DNA from: Syncephalis fuscata S228
Lineage: Eukaryota; Fungi; Zoopagomycota
DNA: 64,000 bases
Assembly (NCBI GenBank): GCA_025786725.1
Contig: JAHLTZ010000016.1
Location: 248,001 to 312,000, forward strand
Direction: 5' to 3'
The position numbers were made by a program, and so were the translations under genes. Position 1 is the stretch's first letter. Each line of letters starts with the position of its first letter. This document shows positions 37,759-50,928 of this stretch, piece after piece. The notes under the pieces were generated by a model. That model saw nothing but the letters and a program-made list of their open reading frames with translations, was not told the origin of the DNA and did not search any database.

Positions 37759-38810
37759 ATGACACTCTACTATACTATCATATTCGGTCTACTAGTGGCC
37801 GAGGTAAGTTAGTCAGCAAATAAATACTGGTAATATTCTAACGTAGTTGTGTTTAGATGGCCACTCTTTTGCTGTATGTAGTAAGTGGACTCTGGTATTT
37901 GCTTATATATAGCGATCTTAAACGATAGTTTGTTTGGTAGGCACCATTGCCACTAGGTTTCCGTAAAAAGCTATTTACACTTCTCTCTCGTTCTGACGTG
38001 GTAAGTAAAGCGTTAAAGTATAAAAGCAATGCTATGGCGTTATATATAGGCAAGTATTAACATTAATGGTTAGGTTGCCCGGCTCGAGTATTCGCTCAAG
38101 ATGTATTCATGTAATTAATGTAGTAAATTAAATATAATAACGTATTTATCGGCTATATAATAGCTTTGTATTTGTTTTATTTTTGGATTCATTAAATCGT
38201 ATGTGGCGAACTCAATCAGATCTTGAACGACGTGATACAATGCCGGATTCCCGTACCGACACCAATCTGCATTTGAAAATGTTCTACAATCAACGTAACA
38301 TGTATGTTTTGATCAAAACAACTATACTGGTAGATACTCATGCCATTTATGTCACTTAGGTACTTGACCGGCTTTACACTATTTCTCTCTCTAATTGTGG
38401 CTCGGGTCCACACTATTATGGTAAAGATGGTCGAACGTGAAGAAGAATTTGACCGTGTTAAGAGAAGTGTAAGTTTATATACTGTGTAGTAGTATTTATT
38501 GTGTATTAATGTAATGATTAGACGGCAGTCCAATCTACTGATCAGCTTAAATTGCAGGAAGTAAACGAACACCAAGCACGTGAAATTGCCGAGCTACAAA
38601 ATAAGCTGAAAGAAGCAGAATGTCGAGTCTTGGATGCTGATACGCTAAAGCGACAAGCAGATCAGCAACACAAGGAGTATATGAGATTGACTGATCAGTA
38701 TAATGAATTGGAGGTAAGTGATGGATAGGTTTAGATGGATATTCGATATATAACTGTTATGTTAGAAACGCTTGGAAGGACGTGAAAATGAAGTGCGCAA
38801 GGACGCTTAA
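37759..38810 (+). CDS. BAP31/Yet-family ER membrane protein, multi-exon
   Basis: MTLYYTIIFGLLVAE start, FYNQRNMYLTGFTLFLSL, coiled coil with LKRQADQQHKEYMRLTD, C-terminal RKDA. Confidence 0.9.
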
Positions 38811-40189
38811 TGGTCGATTATGACTAATTGACAAAATGTGCATGGTAGACGTATGCTATCAATATGAATATTTTGAAAGCTTAACGTTTAAATAAATATG
38901 GATTAGTGTCATATAAATAAACGTATGTTTTATTGATATAATGAATGGTGTTGGACGACAAATAGTTACTGCACTGATGAACTTAAACGAATATAACACA
39001 TGCAATTGCTTTAATTGATAATTGAAGTGTAAAAATTTGGATTTGCTTGCTCATTGGTATTATTTTGTCTTTGACAGTTTTTGTTAATTAATTAATTGAT
39101 TGAATAATTGATTGGTTATGTAATTGAATGGCTATATTTTTATATTTGTATACTATACTTAATTCGTTAACTATAATGTAATAATAAAGAGCCTTACAAT
39201 ATTGATGAAATTTACGGTGCTAGCAACTCATCTTTGGCGATTGAGTGCTAGTTTAAATCAAAACTATTATAGTAATTACTACTAATTTAAGAGTAAATAG
39301 TATTTCATATGCTAATTGTAATGTTTTTGTTAATATTTGTTGATGCTGTCGTAATTCTGACAGTTGTGGCAGTAAACCATACAATTGCAATTGAATAATA
39401 GTAATTAATGTATCTAGACAAGTGAGACTATGGATCGCTGCTTTTTAAACAAAACTCATAAAGTGAGAAAAGACCTCTATAATGAATGATCATATATCAA
39501 TTGCAAAAACAACACACTGGCTTATTGACAGATCTGTAACATTTTACGTTTGATGCATGTGGTGCACACGACTAGGTTGTCAAAAACAAGTATAATAGCT
39601 TCCATTCAAAATTGCCAGTATAACAAAGGCTAGGAGAAAGCACCTTCATCAAAACGTTTTTTACACATAAGCGCATAAGAGGAAATAAAAGGTTGAAAGG
39701 CTGTCAACGTAAGTATATATATATAAATATCGAATAATGCCGATGAATAATCGTAAGCCCTTTTTAGCCAATAACGACCATCTTTCGAAAGGAAACAACA
39801 ACCGGACCAAATCCTACCGCACAAGAATAACTTGCTTGCTTTCTAAACGTTAACTTTTGCTTTGCAACAAATGCAATGTAAAAAGTAGCAATGCACAAAG
39901 GGCATTGGCGCGCAACGCACACATTGCAAACACGTCACCACGTCGACAATGTTTGGAAAGTATGGTGAAGAATATGGCTGATAATCATTGATCGTTCTAC
40001 TTGCATAGCAAATAAAACCATCTTTGACCATTTTTGATTGTAGGGCGCCTTTTCTATTAATCCTAGGACAAAAGCTGGCGATTGGGCTTAATTTTAATAC
40101 AATTGATGATTGAAATAATATCTGTAATGATCGTTGTCGTAAGCAATGGCTGATAGCCATAAGTACCGAAGTCGGTGTATTCCCTATAC

Positions 40190-40290
40190 AGAAGCTGATG
40201 CTAATGCCGATATTGATGCTCATGCTTATGCTAATGCTCACGCTAATATCAATGCTGATGATAATGGTGACGATGGTCATTGTGACATTA
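40190..40290 (+). repeat. Degenerate GCTRAT hexamer repeat (plus a (GT)n tract at ~40390-40408) downstream of PacC paralogue A
   Basis: gctgatgctaatgccgatattgatgctcatgcttatgctaatgctcacgctaat... Confidence 0.7.
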
Positions 40291-40620
40291 CCGTTTGTGC
40301 GAGTAATGCCAAAAAACAATTATCGTTTAGTACAACATACGCATGGCAATCTAGACTATTTGGGAAAGAAAATAATGCGGCAATAATACGTGTGTGTGTG
40401 TGTGTGTGCTACAACGGCAAACATGCTGCACATACACACGATGCTAAATGGTATTCACGCCAGAAATGCTGAGAAACAACAACCACATGTGAAATGTAAT
40501 GTAAATGACGATATGCTGTGGATAGATGAAAGAAACCAAGAATGAGACAGAAAATAAAACGACTAAACAGTTAAAAAACGATGTAAAAGATAGAGGAAAT
40601 GTAAATTACTAGCATACGTG

Positions 40621-42339
40621 CTAGAATAGTGGCATCGAGTCAAAGTCAGTAAGCGAAAAGTCTTTGCCATTGACCGGCGCAAATGCTGATAGCTGTGCCA
40701 GTGTAACCGGCGTGCTAGTAGGCCATGCCATCCATGCTGTTTCTGAGGTATGGTTTTCAGATGGCATTGAAGTGACAAGTAGTTGCTGATTGTCGGTTTT
40801 GGCTACTACGGCCGCCGCAAGTGCCTGTAGTACATCGGGCTTAAAGCAGTTGTCGGTCGGCGTTAATGCTGGATAGCTGCTGGGTATTTCGCCATTTATA
40901 TTCATCGATACTGGCATAGTAAGCGGCGATGGCGATGAAGCCATAGACGAAGTAACAGCCGTTGCCGTTGGTGGCGGTGTCGGCGTTGGTGATAGCACAC
41001 CAGTGTGTCCGGCTATTGCAGGTGGCAGCGAAGCATCACGTGATGGCGCGGTACTTGCATAAGAATCGACGACTGATACAGCTGCAACAAACGCGGCCGC
41101 ATCTGTGTCGTTTTGCGATGTTAACGGCGCTGAGGGCACGCAAGATTGGCTGTTATTGAAAAGCATTGCGGCGGCGGCCGATGTGTTGGGTGCCATCGTG
41201 ACCGGCATTGTCGGCAATGTTCGTGGTGGAGTCAGGTGAAAAACCGATGAAATAGGCGATTGGCTACTGTGTGATGGTGCCATTGACATCGATGGTAAAG
41301 CAAAGTGAGCAGCCATCACAGCAGCAGCAGCCTCAGGACTCGAAAGCGAGTGATGTGGGAAGCTTGGTGATTGGATATGCGAGGCCATATTCATCGCGTT
41401 TTGCAGATGATAAGGATGTGCTGTCGCCTGTTCGCAAATTCGAGCTGCAAGCGTGTTGTCGGCTCCGTGTGGACTGACGCTTTCTGCAGGAGAGATCGCT
41501 AGACCGGACATCCTTCGTGGCGTATTGCCTCTATGCGGCTGACGACGCAACTCTACGCTTCCAGATAGTCGGAAGGAGCGTGCATGGCGTCGAATGTGCT
41601 TTTTAAGATCATGGGAGCGCTTAAATGTTCCGCCACAGAGCTAAATAAAATAAATAAATAGTTAGTTGTTGATTAATAATTGTAGATCGCCCATTATTAG
41701 TGATTAGTATTAAAAGATCATGTGAAATCAACATAATAGCACCGCCATTAAATAAAACCATTCTCACTCTGCCCCTTTGTGCACGCATCTGTGTTGTTGT
41801 GACGTAATTGATGTACACGCTTGTCCATAAAGGGTGCATCCATGTGCATCAAAATAAAGTACCCGAATAATCAAAATAGATACACACACACACGACACAC
41901 GAAACCAGGCACATGGAAAGCTTACCTCACACTCAAATGGCCTAAATGGTACGTGCACCTTAAGGTGCGATGTAATGTGATCGCGCTTCAGTGTTCTGAC
42001 GCCACATTGTGACCAACGACACTCTAAACAACGATTGCCTTGACGAAAACGACCAATGTGTTCATCGCAAAGATGACGATATAGCGATGTTGGATCTGGA
42101 TACACTTGCCGGCAATCATCCCACTGGCACTGTAGTCCATCTTCATGTTTGACACCACCACCAATGTCTGTGCCAATATCCGTATCGATAGGGACCATTG
42201 GTACTGACATGGATGGATAAGACTGTGATGGCACCATCGGTGGCTCCGACATCATACTATTGGACGTATCATTCTCGGCCGTATTGGTGGCTGGCAGGCT
42301 TGTTTGCCATGCAAAGAAATCTTGCAATTGCTGGTCCAT
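40621..42339 (-). CDS. PacC/Rim101-family C2H2 transcription factor, paralogue A (intron 41641-41925)
   Basis: CQWDDC...HLCDEHIGR...CRWSQC...[40 protein letters not shown]; Ala/Ser/Pro-rich tail containing YPAL. Confidence 0.88.
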
Positions 42340-44600
42340 TGCTTGTTGGTGCAAATTCTGCAGCCCAGATGAATTGAAAAAAGAAATCAAATTAATAAGA
42401 GAATCACTTATAGTCAAAATCTAATGTGCTTCGATAATGATAAACTATTTCTTTCAAAGGCACCAATAATCGTAATTTCCTATGGAATAAAAGGAAAAAA
42501 CAACGATCAAATCACTAGGGAGAGGGGCGGTAAGATGTTAACGCTACTAATGCCAGCGAGGAGAAGACGAGGGGAAAGGAGCACTAGAACTATGGTTTGG
42601 TTCACGCGGGGAGATGAATAAACGATAAATGAACAGTGTAAACTGAGGTTAAGCAATAAACTGCTTTGTATAAAATATACTTTGTAATAAAAGAATCACT
42701 TGTAAATAATTGCTTGTAAAAAGTTCAGCTGACCAACAAGGGGAGGCAAGTGAGCAGGGGTAACTAACTAATAAGGAGTTAGTAAACGTTGAGCAGTTGA
42801 TGAGGTTAAAAGTGGGAAAAAAGCTATGCTATTGTGTTATTGAACTGAATAACAAAAAAGGTAGTTTGCGCAACGCAGCACAAATGATCAATCGGCAGAA
42901 GAACAATGAAAAGTAGGAAGGTGCGATGTTTGTCAAAGGCCAGCAAATAAAGTTGAAGAACAGAAAGTATAAACAGGGTTCAGATCCAAATAAAAATCAG
43001 GAGACAGCAGGGTGCCTGTGTGTACGCGCGTTTGTGGAGTGCGTCCAAGCGATCTTGCTATGCTTTCCCCGTTAATTGCTCGTTTTGCTTGCAGAACGAA
43101 CCAAAAATTAGGGGATTGATGTAGCGATCACACAATAACAACAAAGCAGAAAACGATGAAGAATAAAAAGACGAAGACGATAAAATGGCGATGGCGACGA
43201 CGACGACAAAGAAGAGTCAAGGGGCGAACCAATCGGTAAAGACTAGAAAAAGGAGATGGAACAAGGCAAGATGAAAGCAAGTAGAAGAGCAAATAAAGAT
43301 TCAACGGTAGGAAAGGGGCCGATAGAGATACGACTACACTTCGTGTATAGATGTATATCTATGTTGATGAATATAGTGTGGAAAAGAGTGATATGTATGT
43401 TTACGTGCTTATACGCGCGCGCGTACACGTAAAGAATGGAGACGTTGATTGATTTAGGTAATTTCGAAAAACAAAGATGGTAAATAGAATGGAACGCGTA
43501 CTGGTCCGTAAAAAAAGTAAGCAAAGTGGTGTCTCACCGGAGCGTGGCACAAATAGCGGAGGTAAGAGTGATATTGATGCGATGGATGTGTTGCGGAGGA
43601 TTTTAAGAAGAATGGAGCAAAGGCCAATAAATGGGCAATGCCGATAGCAGCAGCGCAGAGAGAGAGAGGGAGTATGAGAGGGAGTGAGTAAGCAATAAGC
43701 AATAAGCTAGAGACGACGATGACAGCGATATGTACCGCGTGGAAACGATGCACCGCGTGTGCACGGAGAACTAGGGAGCGTGAGGGTCAGGCGGACAATG
43801 ATTGAAAATATAGATAGATAGTCAATGGTGAACACTGCACAGATGAACCGGTCAAGACACGCAGCTTGACGACACGCACAGAGCAGTGGGAGTATATACG
43901 TTGTAAATAGATAACGATATTATTAGCACACGCTCGTGTACATGTATGTGTGTTTGAATCTTTGACTGGTTGTGCTGTACAGTAGCAATGGCGATAGCAG
44001 TAAATGTGATAGCAGTAAATGTGCCGCTTTTTTGCAGCACTAATTAGATATTAATAGAGTGCATAAGCGCAATAATGCGACGATCAAACAGCTGGCAACA
44101 GATACGGACGATGGAGACAAGGGGGGTGAAAAAATAGTAGATGCTTTAGGATATTGTGTTGTGAAATGTAAATAAATTGGTAAACACACACACAACACAA
44201 ATGTATAAAATCCAATAATAGCAAGTTAGAAAATGGGTAAGTAAAAATTTAAAGTAAAAGTCAATGGTAAATAAAATCACCAATTGCTGATAAAAATAGA
44301 AAGATAATAATAAAAGTAAGCGATAAGTGATGGATTGTGGTCGGTGGCGAGCTGTACACTTGTATGTTTGACTTTCAAAGCAAAAGTTTCTTGCACAATA
44401 CACGTACCTTTTATTTCGAAATATGTTGTAACCAGTTCACTTGCTATAGCAGGTACGTAAATGTTCAAAGTGTCGGATCGGCAACTTTGATGGTCGAGCA
44501 AAGCAGTCACACTTAGCTAGACCAATATTGGTACTGTCCCTGCGTGGCCTATACAAACTCTTTCTGGTCAGGCAATTAGAAGTGTATAGACAACAACACT

Positions 44601-46448
44601 GCCAAGCGTTAACTCGATGCATTTGGTTGTCAGAATAGTTGCCTTGGCATAAAGTTGGGTGTGAGGGTGATCTCTTTGCCCATGCTCATGGTAAATAATC
44701 CGGCTTTTAATCATGACATCATTCCTATTTAATAGCAAAATTACTAAATCAGGTTTGAATGAAAATTATCCGCCTGATCGGCGTTATTAGTGTTAAATAG
44801 CGCCGATAGTATTTAGCGCTATAATATAAATACAAATTCTGTAGTAATTATATTACTGCTTTTTACAGCCAATAAATTATTCATACTTTAGATGTTAATC
44901 CACTCAACTTGACAAAGGCATACCGTTTGCGTATATTCACATACAGGGCCGCACGTGCCTGTAAAACGCTTTTTTACTATTAAAGAGACGTATGCTTCGA
45001 CTATCTATCACATATAGTAATTGATGGTTGTTTTGGGCACATGTGGAAATGCCATCTGCACGGCAAAGACCGAGCAATGGTCGTACCGGCCGAGTAAAGT
45101 GCGAAAACGCCATGTAGTTTCTGACCAGTTTATCAGTTAGGGCGCACGCACCTACGCCCACACATGATTGCGTATATTCTCCTATTAGCTTACGCGTACA
45201 CAAATGATTTACAAGCTTGTGCCGAGCACATTTTAAAATCAGCAAGAGGCCCAATAAGCGGGGATAAGCCTTACAACTTTGTACATGGCCTTGGGACAAT
45301 TGCCCAATCGATAGTGCAGCGAGTGGTCAGATGTTATTACTACAACAAGGCCGACTTATCATTTGACACTTGGTATGCATCCAGGCACATGTATAGGCAA
45401 TAGACAATGGCCAAAAGGCTTATTCACATGCGGGATGTGCACACCGTATACTGAATTGTGTCTTTTTAATTTGAACGCGTGTTCAGCTCATGTACTTTTT
45501 TTGTTAGCTTACTAATTTTATCATGCTTTTACAGCGTTATAAACATGCGTTCAAAAATAATATATTTGGCCGCTTGCTACTATTAAAATTTTGCTCATAT
45601 TGTACATCAATAAACACACTATAATAATCACTACACTGATAACACAGCCATTCTATACTATCCTATAATATCGCACACACACTAGCCGGTAAGGCCAAGC
45701 ATAGCAACTATAGCTTGCGCTAGCGCTTGGCTAGCGCTAATCAAACAGCTGCGGAGCATTACTGTTTTTAGTAAATACTCATTTAGCTAAAAAGATTATT
45801 GTAAAACTATCGATGCCAGTCTAAACAAGAATCCCTGCATTAGAATCTGCAATTGTATTGCAAAAGATATTTGGCGCTAATTGTTCACTTATCGCCAAGC
45901 GTATGAATAGACGCGTAGTTCATACTAAAACAAGCGTTTTCCCTAATTGATACCGTGGCCAAGCATATGGCTACCAACTGTAATTATGACGCAGACCAAA
46001 TCAACCACTAACTTGCATATTTATTGCCGTGCAGCGGCCACTCTCACTAATTGCGCAACTGCAACCAATATCGGTTCACTTGGCCCCTTCTGTCTTATTT
46101 TGCAAAGAACCCACCCAAACTTACGATAGTTCGTGCCACCATGCTATCACGTGTGTGTTTTAGTCGACTAAATCGGGTCAACATACATTAATACTATGCA
46201 CAGTAGATTGAACTTTACTAAAAATTAAGAGTGTAAAGAAGGAAAAGGTGCGTAGAAATATTTATGGCTCAGACTACAAGAGTGATAGCGGCAAAACTCA
46301 TCTTTCTCCGAGATACATACCTGTCAAAGGGCTCATGTCCGTTTTCCTTGTTGAAAGCGCTCATAAACGTCATTTTTCGAGCTGTGCCCAGCCAAACATG
46401 CATGTGTGTAACATTGCGGCCATTACAGTCCAATCATCTTCGCTTGGC
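44601..46448. promoter_or_regulatory. Cluster of 8 GCCAAG PacC consensus sites upstream of paralogue A
   Basis: GCCAAG or CTTGGC at 44601, 44643, 45694, 45726, 45894, 45958, 46079 and 46443. Confidence 0.7.
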
Positions 46449-46971
46449 CATACACCACGATAAATGTGCACCAATCGCCGATGCAATAGCAAGTATCACG
46501 GTTAACCAAAATAGCACGAGGTTTTTGTAATGGAGTATGGTCAGTAATGCAACCATCATATTTTATTAATAGTCTGCAGCAACAAAAACATAGCCAGTCT
46601 TTTTTTACTAATCATAAAGTAATATTTATTAAATAAAAATAACGCTAGTTGATATCAAATATATCCAAAGTATGAGATAATAATGGATAATTTAATGCCG
46701 TTTATTACTATGGCGTTCCCACAATAAATGAGGCATATCCATTTTCTACTGTCTAAACAACTGCGATACAGATAACAGGAAATTGAATATATAAAACTTT
46801 CAAATAGCTTCATTATTCAAGCTCAATAGTCACGGCAAAAAGAAACGCCAGTGAGTACAAACGATAACAATACTAAATGGGGTAGGAAAATGTCACTAGC
46901 AAAAGAAAGTAAAAAGCTGCTAAGCCTCAAATAGGATAAAACGAAGTATAATTGATTTAGACAGCGCTAAA

Positions 46972-49532
46972 TCAGTTCACTTCTTGAGTACTACCATACT
47001 CATTCGGCGAGTCTAGTAACTGCCAATGGGAGGCCGATGCGTTCTTCTTTGGTGTAGATGAACTTGCTTTGACCTCTTGCTTGTGGAATAAAAGACTGAC
47101 TTTTTCCAATAATGCTTCAACAAGTGCTTTATGCTGCTGCCTTGTTTTGTAGTCCACTGCTGTTTTCCAAGCGGGTGTTCGCGCTCCAGCAGATCCTGCT
47201 TCGGCAATACGATGAATATGCGGTTCAGGCATGCTGCTGGACTGATGTGTAACCGTTGGCTGCGACGGTAAGGCTGGGCGTGGTGCACTCGGACGTACAC
47301 CGCCTCCGGTAACAGAGAGCCCACCCATTTGCTCCGTAATGCTATCAACATTCACATTTATAAAGTCGCTATCATCGATGTATTGCATTTGGATGTTAAA
47401 CGGTTCCGCTTTAGGCTTGCCAGGCATGCTATTGGCAGTTGCCGACGATCTGTACACTGCACATTCAGGATATTTTTTTGGTTGCGGTGATGGCTGTCGA
47501 TTTATACTTGTACCCGCTACTCGTGCCGATTGTAGAGATGATTCTCTTGATGGTGCTGGCATGGCAGAAGTAGATCCATGCTGGTGCGGACTACGATGTC
47601 CAGAACCAGACGATGTATTATGATGATTATACATTACTTCGCGTTGTGGTAGCATGACATGCCGCTGTACTTCAATGGGTCTATAGCCCACAATAGCCGG
47701 TTGTGGATACAATGGCATACGGGTCATTCCAGGCATAGCTTGAGTCTTAAGTGCGTGGCCAGGCATAATAACCGGAACTGTTCGCGCACTAGGTTCTACA
47801 CGATGTTCACGCGAAAATGTAGCTACAGGCTTAATGTCAGGCTGGATGTCGGCGTTAAAGCTGGTGTGTGGAGGCGCACTGGGTGTAGGATAAGCATGCG
47901 CTGTGCCAACAGGCACATTGTACATTGTCGGGGTGATTTGTTGCGGTACTGTGACTGGCATACCATTGAAACTGGTTGCAAATGAATCCGACGGCGATCG
48001 TGACCGTGATTGAGTGGCACCCAAGTCTGGGAAGAGCGACTGTCCAGGCAGAGAGCCAGGTGTTGGCCAGTCTGGCACGCCGCTTTCAAGTACATATCCT
48101 GGCGAGACTGGATAGCCATTAATTGTTGGAACAGGCATGGGTGATTTACTTGGCGTACGATATGATCCTAGTGCTGGATCTTGCGACTGAGGAGTCATTA
48201 TAACGACAGGTGATGGATACAAGTCGTTATTTGCCGTTGCTGCCAATGACAATTGCTCCATAGTGGCCTGATCGACCTTGAATGCACTTTCAACATTTGC
48301 CATCGTTGCTGTTGGCTGTTGACGACTTGCCAATAGTTCATCTGAGCACATGTCCAAATTGACATATTGATTTACGTCTTGGCTCGGCTCTTGATCGATA
48401 TTATCGTTGAGTGAAAGACAAAATTGTTCAAGCAACATTTGATCCTGCTCCGTTTTAAGTGACACTGGCAACTCATTTAATTGAGGGATGATGGGTGCTA
48501 TTTCGTTTAACCATTTAATCATGCCTATACAACATATATATATTATTAGTAAATCTATAATAACCAAATATTGCCTTTCTTTTCCTTCTATTGCCTATTA
48601 CAAATCCACATTTATATTATATTTACCTAAATCGTAATTTGGTTCCATACGTTGCTTTTTTATACAATCTACAAAATCACCAATCAAATCAATGCCACGT
48701 TTAGAATTACCGGCATAAGACTCGGCTGGCCCTGTAGTGGATGCATTCAGTGGATTGGGCATAGCACTATATGCCTGATTAAGCATTGGATTCGATACAG
48801 GTGCCGTAGCCATATTTGAAGCAAGATAGCCAATAGGCATATCATCGTCATCTAGTTTAAGCGGTTGATATACTGGTTCTAAATTAATGGGTTTAATTAA
48901 TTAGAATACACTCAATAGCAAGCATTGGTTGTTAGCTTACCTGCCGGTGATGATATACGGTGCTGTTCATAATTAGAACCAGACGGTGACGCCACACCTA
49001 GTTGCGGAAACATAGCCTGCGAGTAGTCCAAAGGCGTGGTGTACGGCCCAGGTGATGGCGATAGTGTTGATGTGGCTGTTGATGGCGTCAACGATCCCAT
49101 AGACTCGGGAGAGGTAGGTAGTAGTAGCGAGTTGGGCGTATGCGGTGTTTGCATACCGTCAATATCGCCTTCTTGTTCCGCTTGGTGCACTTTGTCATGT
49201 TTTTTTAAATCCTGTGGACGTTTAAAAAACTTGTGACAACGCTAATAACGTGTTCGTTTATGGTTAATCAAAGGTGCACCATGTTACACAATACTTACCG
49301 GGCACTCATAAGGCGTAAAAGGAATATGTCGTCGAACATGAGATGTTATATGATCGCGCTTGCTAGTCTTGGTCGTGCAGTCGCCCCAGTGACAGTCGAG
49401 ACAAAGATTGTTCGTTGCTTTGCGTCCAATGTGATTCGTGCACACATGCGTGAACAACACCTCTGCATCTGGCGCACTATATAAACAATTACGCCATTGG
49501 CAGCTTAAAACGCGAATCATGTCCGAGTCCAT
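46972..49532 (-). CDS. pacC: Canonical-type PacC/Rim101 pH-response transcription factor, paralogue B, 4 exons
   Basis: N-terminal fingers CQWRNC...[19 protein letters not shown]...KRDHITSH...[18 protein letters not shown]; conserved [24 protein letters not shown] block; long C-terminus. Confidence 0.88.
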
Positions 49533-49894
49533 CGAAGAATAGTTTGCTAACTTGACCGTTAAACAGAAAAAACAACAGAACCAAGTAAGACAAAGTAAGT
49601 GCCGGCCTGTTTTGCCTAAACCAAAAAAGTGGTCCGAATGAATAGAAGATAACAGTAATAGGGGCTAGAAGCTGCCGTTACAAGTGCTGTTATTATCAAT
49701 AAATGGGCTGGAGTCGAAAATAACGGTACAAATGGTATATGTCTGTGTGTCTGCGTGCGTGTGTGTAGTTGAAAGGAAAGCGATAGTAATGAAAGTTGAT
49801 AAGTAGAGAAAAGGAGATAAAAAGCCAATGGAATAAATGGGAAACTAATCATCCGAGTCTGAATGTGAGAGTGTATTTGAATACTATTCTAAAA

Positions 49895-50488
49895 GCCAAG
49901 AAATGTTTTTTTGACTACTCTTGGCCAACTCCCATCGGCATCACGAGTAACAGAGTTCATCAGGTGAAATGGTAGAATGGTCAGCATCACCATCATCAAT
50001 ACCATTTACGACCTTGCTAAGGTAGACTTTAGTTCTTTGATACAAAGCGTGCCGTAATATTCATCAATAAAGACCGGTTGTGCTTATAATAAGCCATGCA
50101 ACATTTCAATGGTCTACCGGTTAAAATAAGAAAAGGGCCTGGCTTATCATATGTATAATAATAGCTCAAACAATAAATAAACCACTCATTCGCTATACTA
50201 TTAAGCATGTTTTACCGGTGTAAATGTATGTAGATAGCGTAGGTTGGATATGCATAGGCTACGTTGGCCATAGACAAGTTCTTTTTTTGGAAGGTGTCGT
50301 ATGTTTCCACGAATAGAATAGCCCGATAAAAACGATCAATCGACTTGATATAATTTCTTGGCAAAAAAGATTACTAGTCTTTAGTACGAAAATGGCTCCT
50401 CTGTTTACCTTAGCGAGTATCAAGGGTGTTTGCCATGTAAATATACGAGTCCCTTGTCAATTTGACATTGCTATTAATCTAAGCCAAG
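49895..50488. promoter_or_regulatory. Five GCCARG sites in the divergent pacC-B / PSD promoter
   Basis: Sites at 49895, 49920, 50138 (CCTGGC), 50357 and 50483. Confidence 0.65.
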
Positions 50489-50928
50489 TAATTGACGCTC
50501 TATACTTGCTTTTGCCCTTCGAATAAGCTTTATACCGACAGTCAGGTAACTAGCGCTGATCATTAGCTATTTAGTAGTTCTATTTAAATGCCAACTTTAT
50601 TTAATGCTTATCCAAAAGTGGTAAATCTTTATTCAATTAATAAAAAAGGCTGCGGATACATAGAGATAACGCGTGCACATACACAAACACTTAATACAAA
50701 CTATTGGATAAGTACTACTGGTTGCTAATGCATATTTAATGCAACAATCTATTTTTATCTATATATGGCACGTGGTGACACAAACCGCCTTGTTTAGTTG
50801 GTTCATGACTTGATATTGCTGCTGTTAGTCGATGTTATGGCTGTTGTTGACGTCGTCATCACTACTACTTTATAGCCAATACTTCTTTGCTGTTTTACTA
50901 TTTACTATTATTGGAGAAATACAAAGGT

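Noticed and set aside
39843-40472. ORFs 39843-40319(-), 40146-40472(+) and 40198-40386(+) with ADANAD / ISISMS repeats
   Set aside because: They are open only because of a degenerate hexamer repeat in the 3' region of paralogue A; no domain is evident.
42424-46530. Many 60-120 aa ORFs between PacC paralogues A and B
   Set aside because: No motifs or coherent exon chain; strand-biased purine/pyrimidine tracts and TF sites fit regulatory or UTR DNA.
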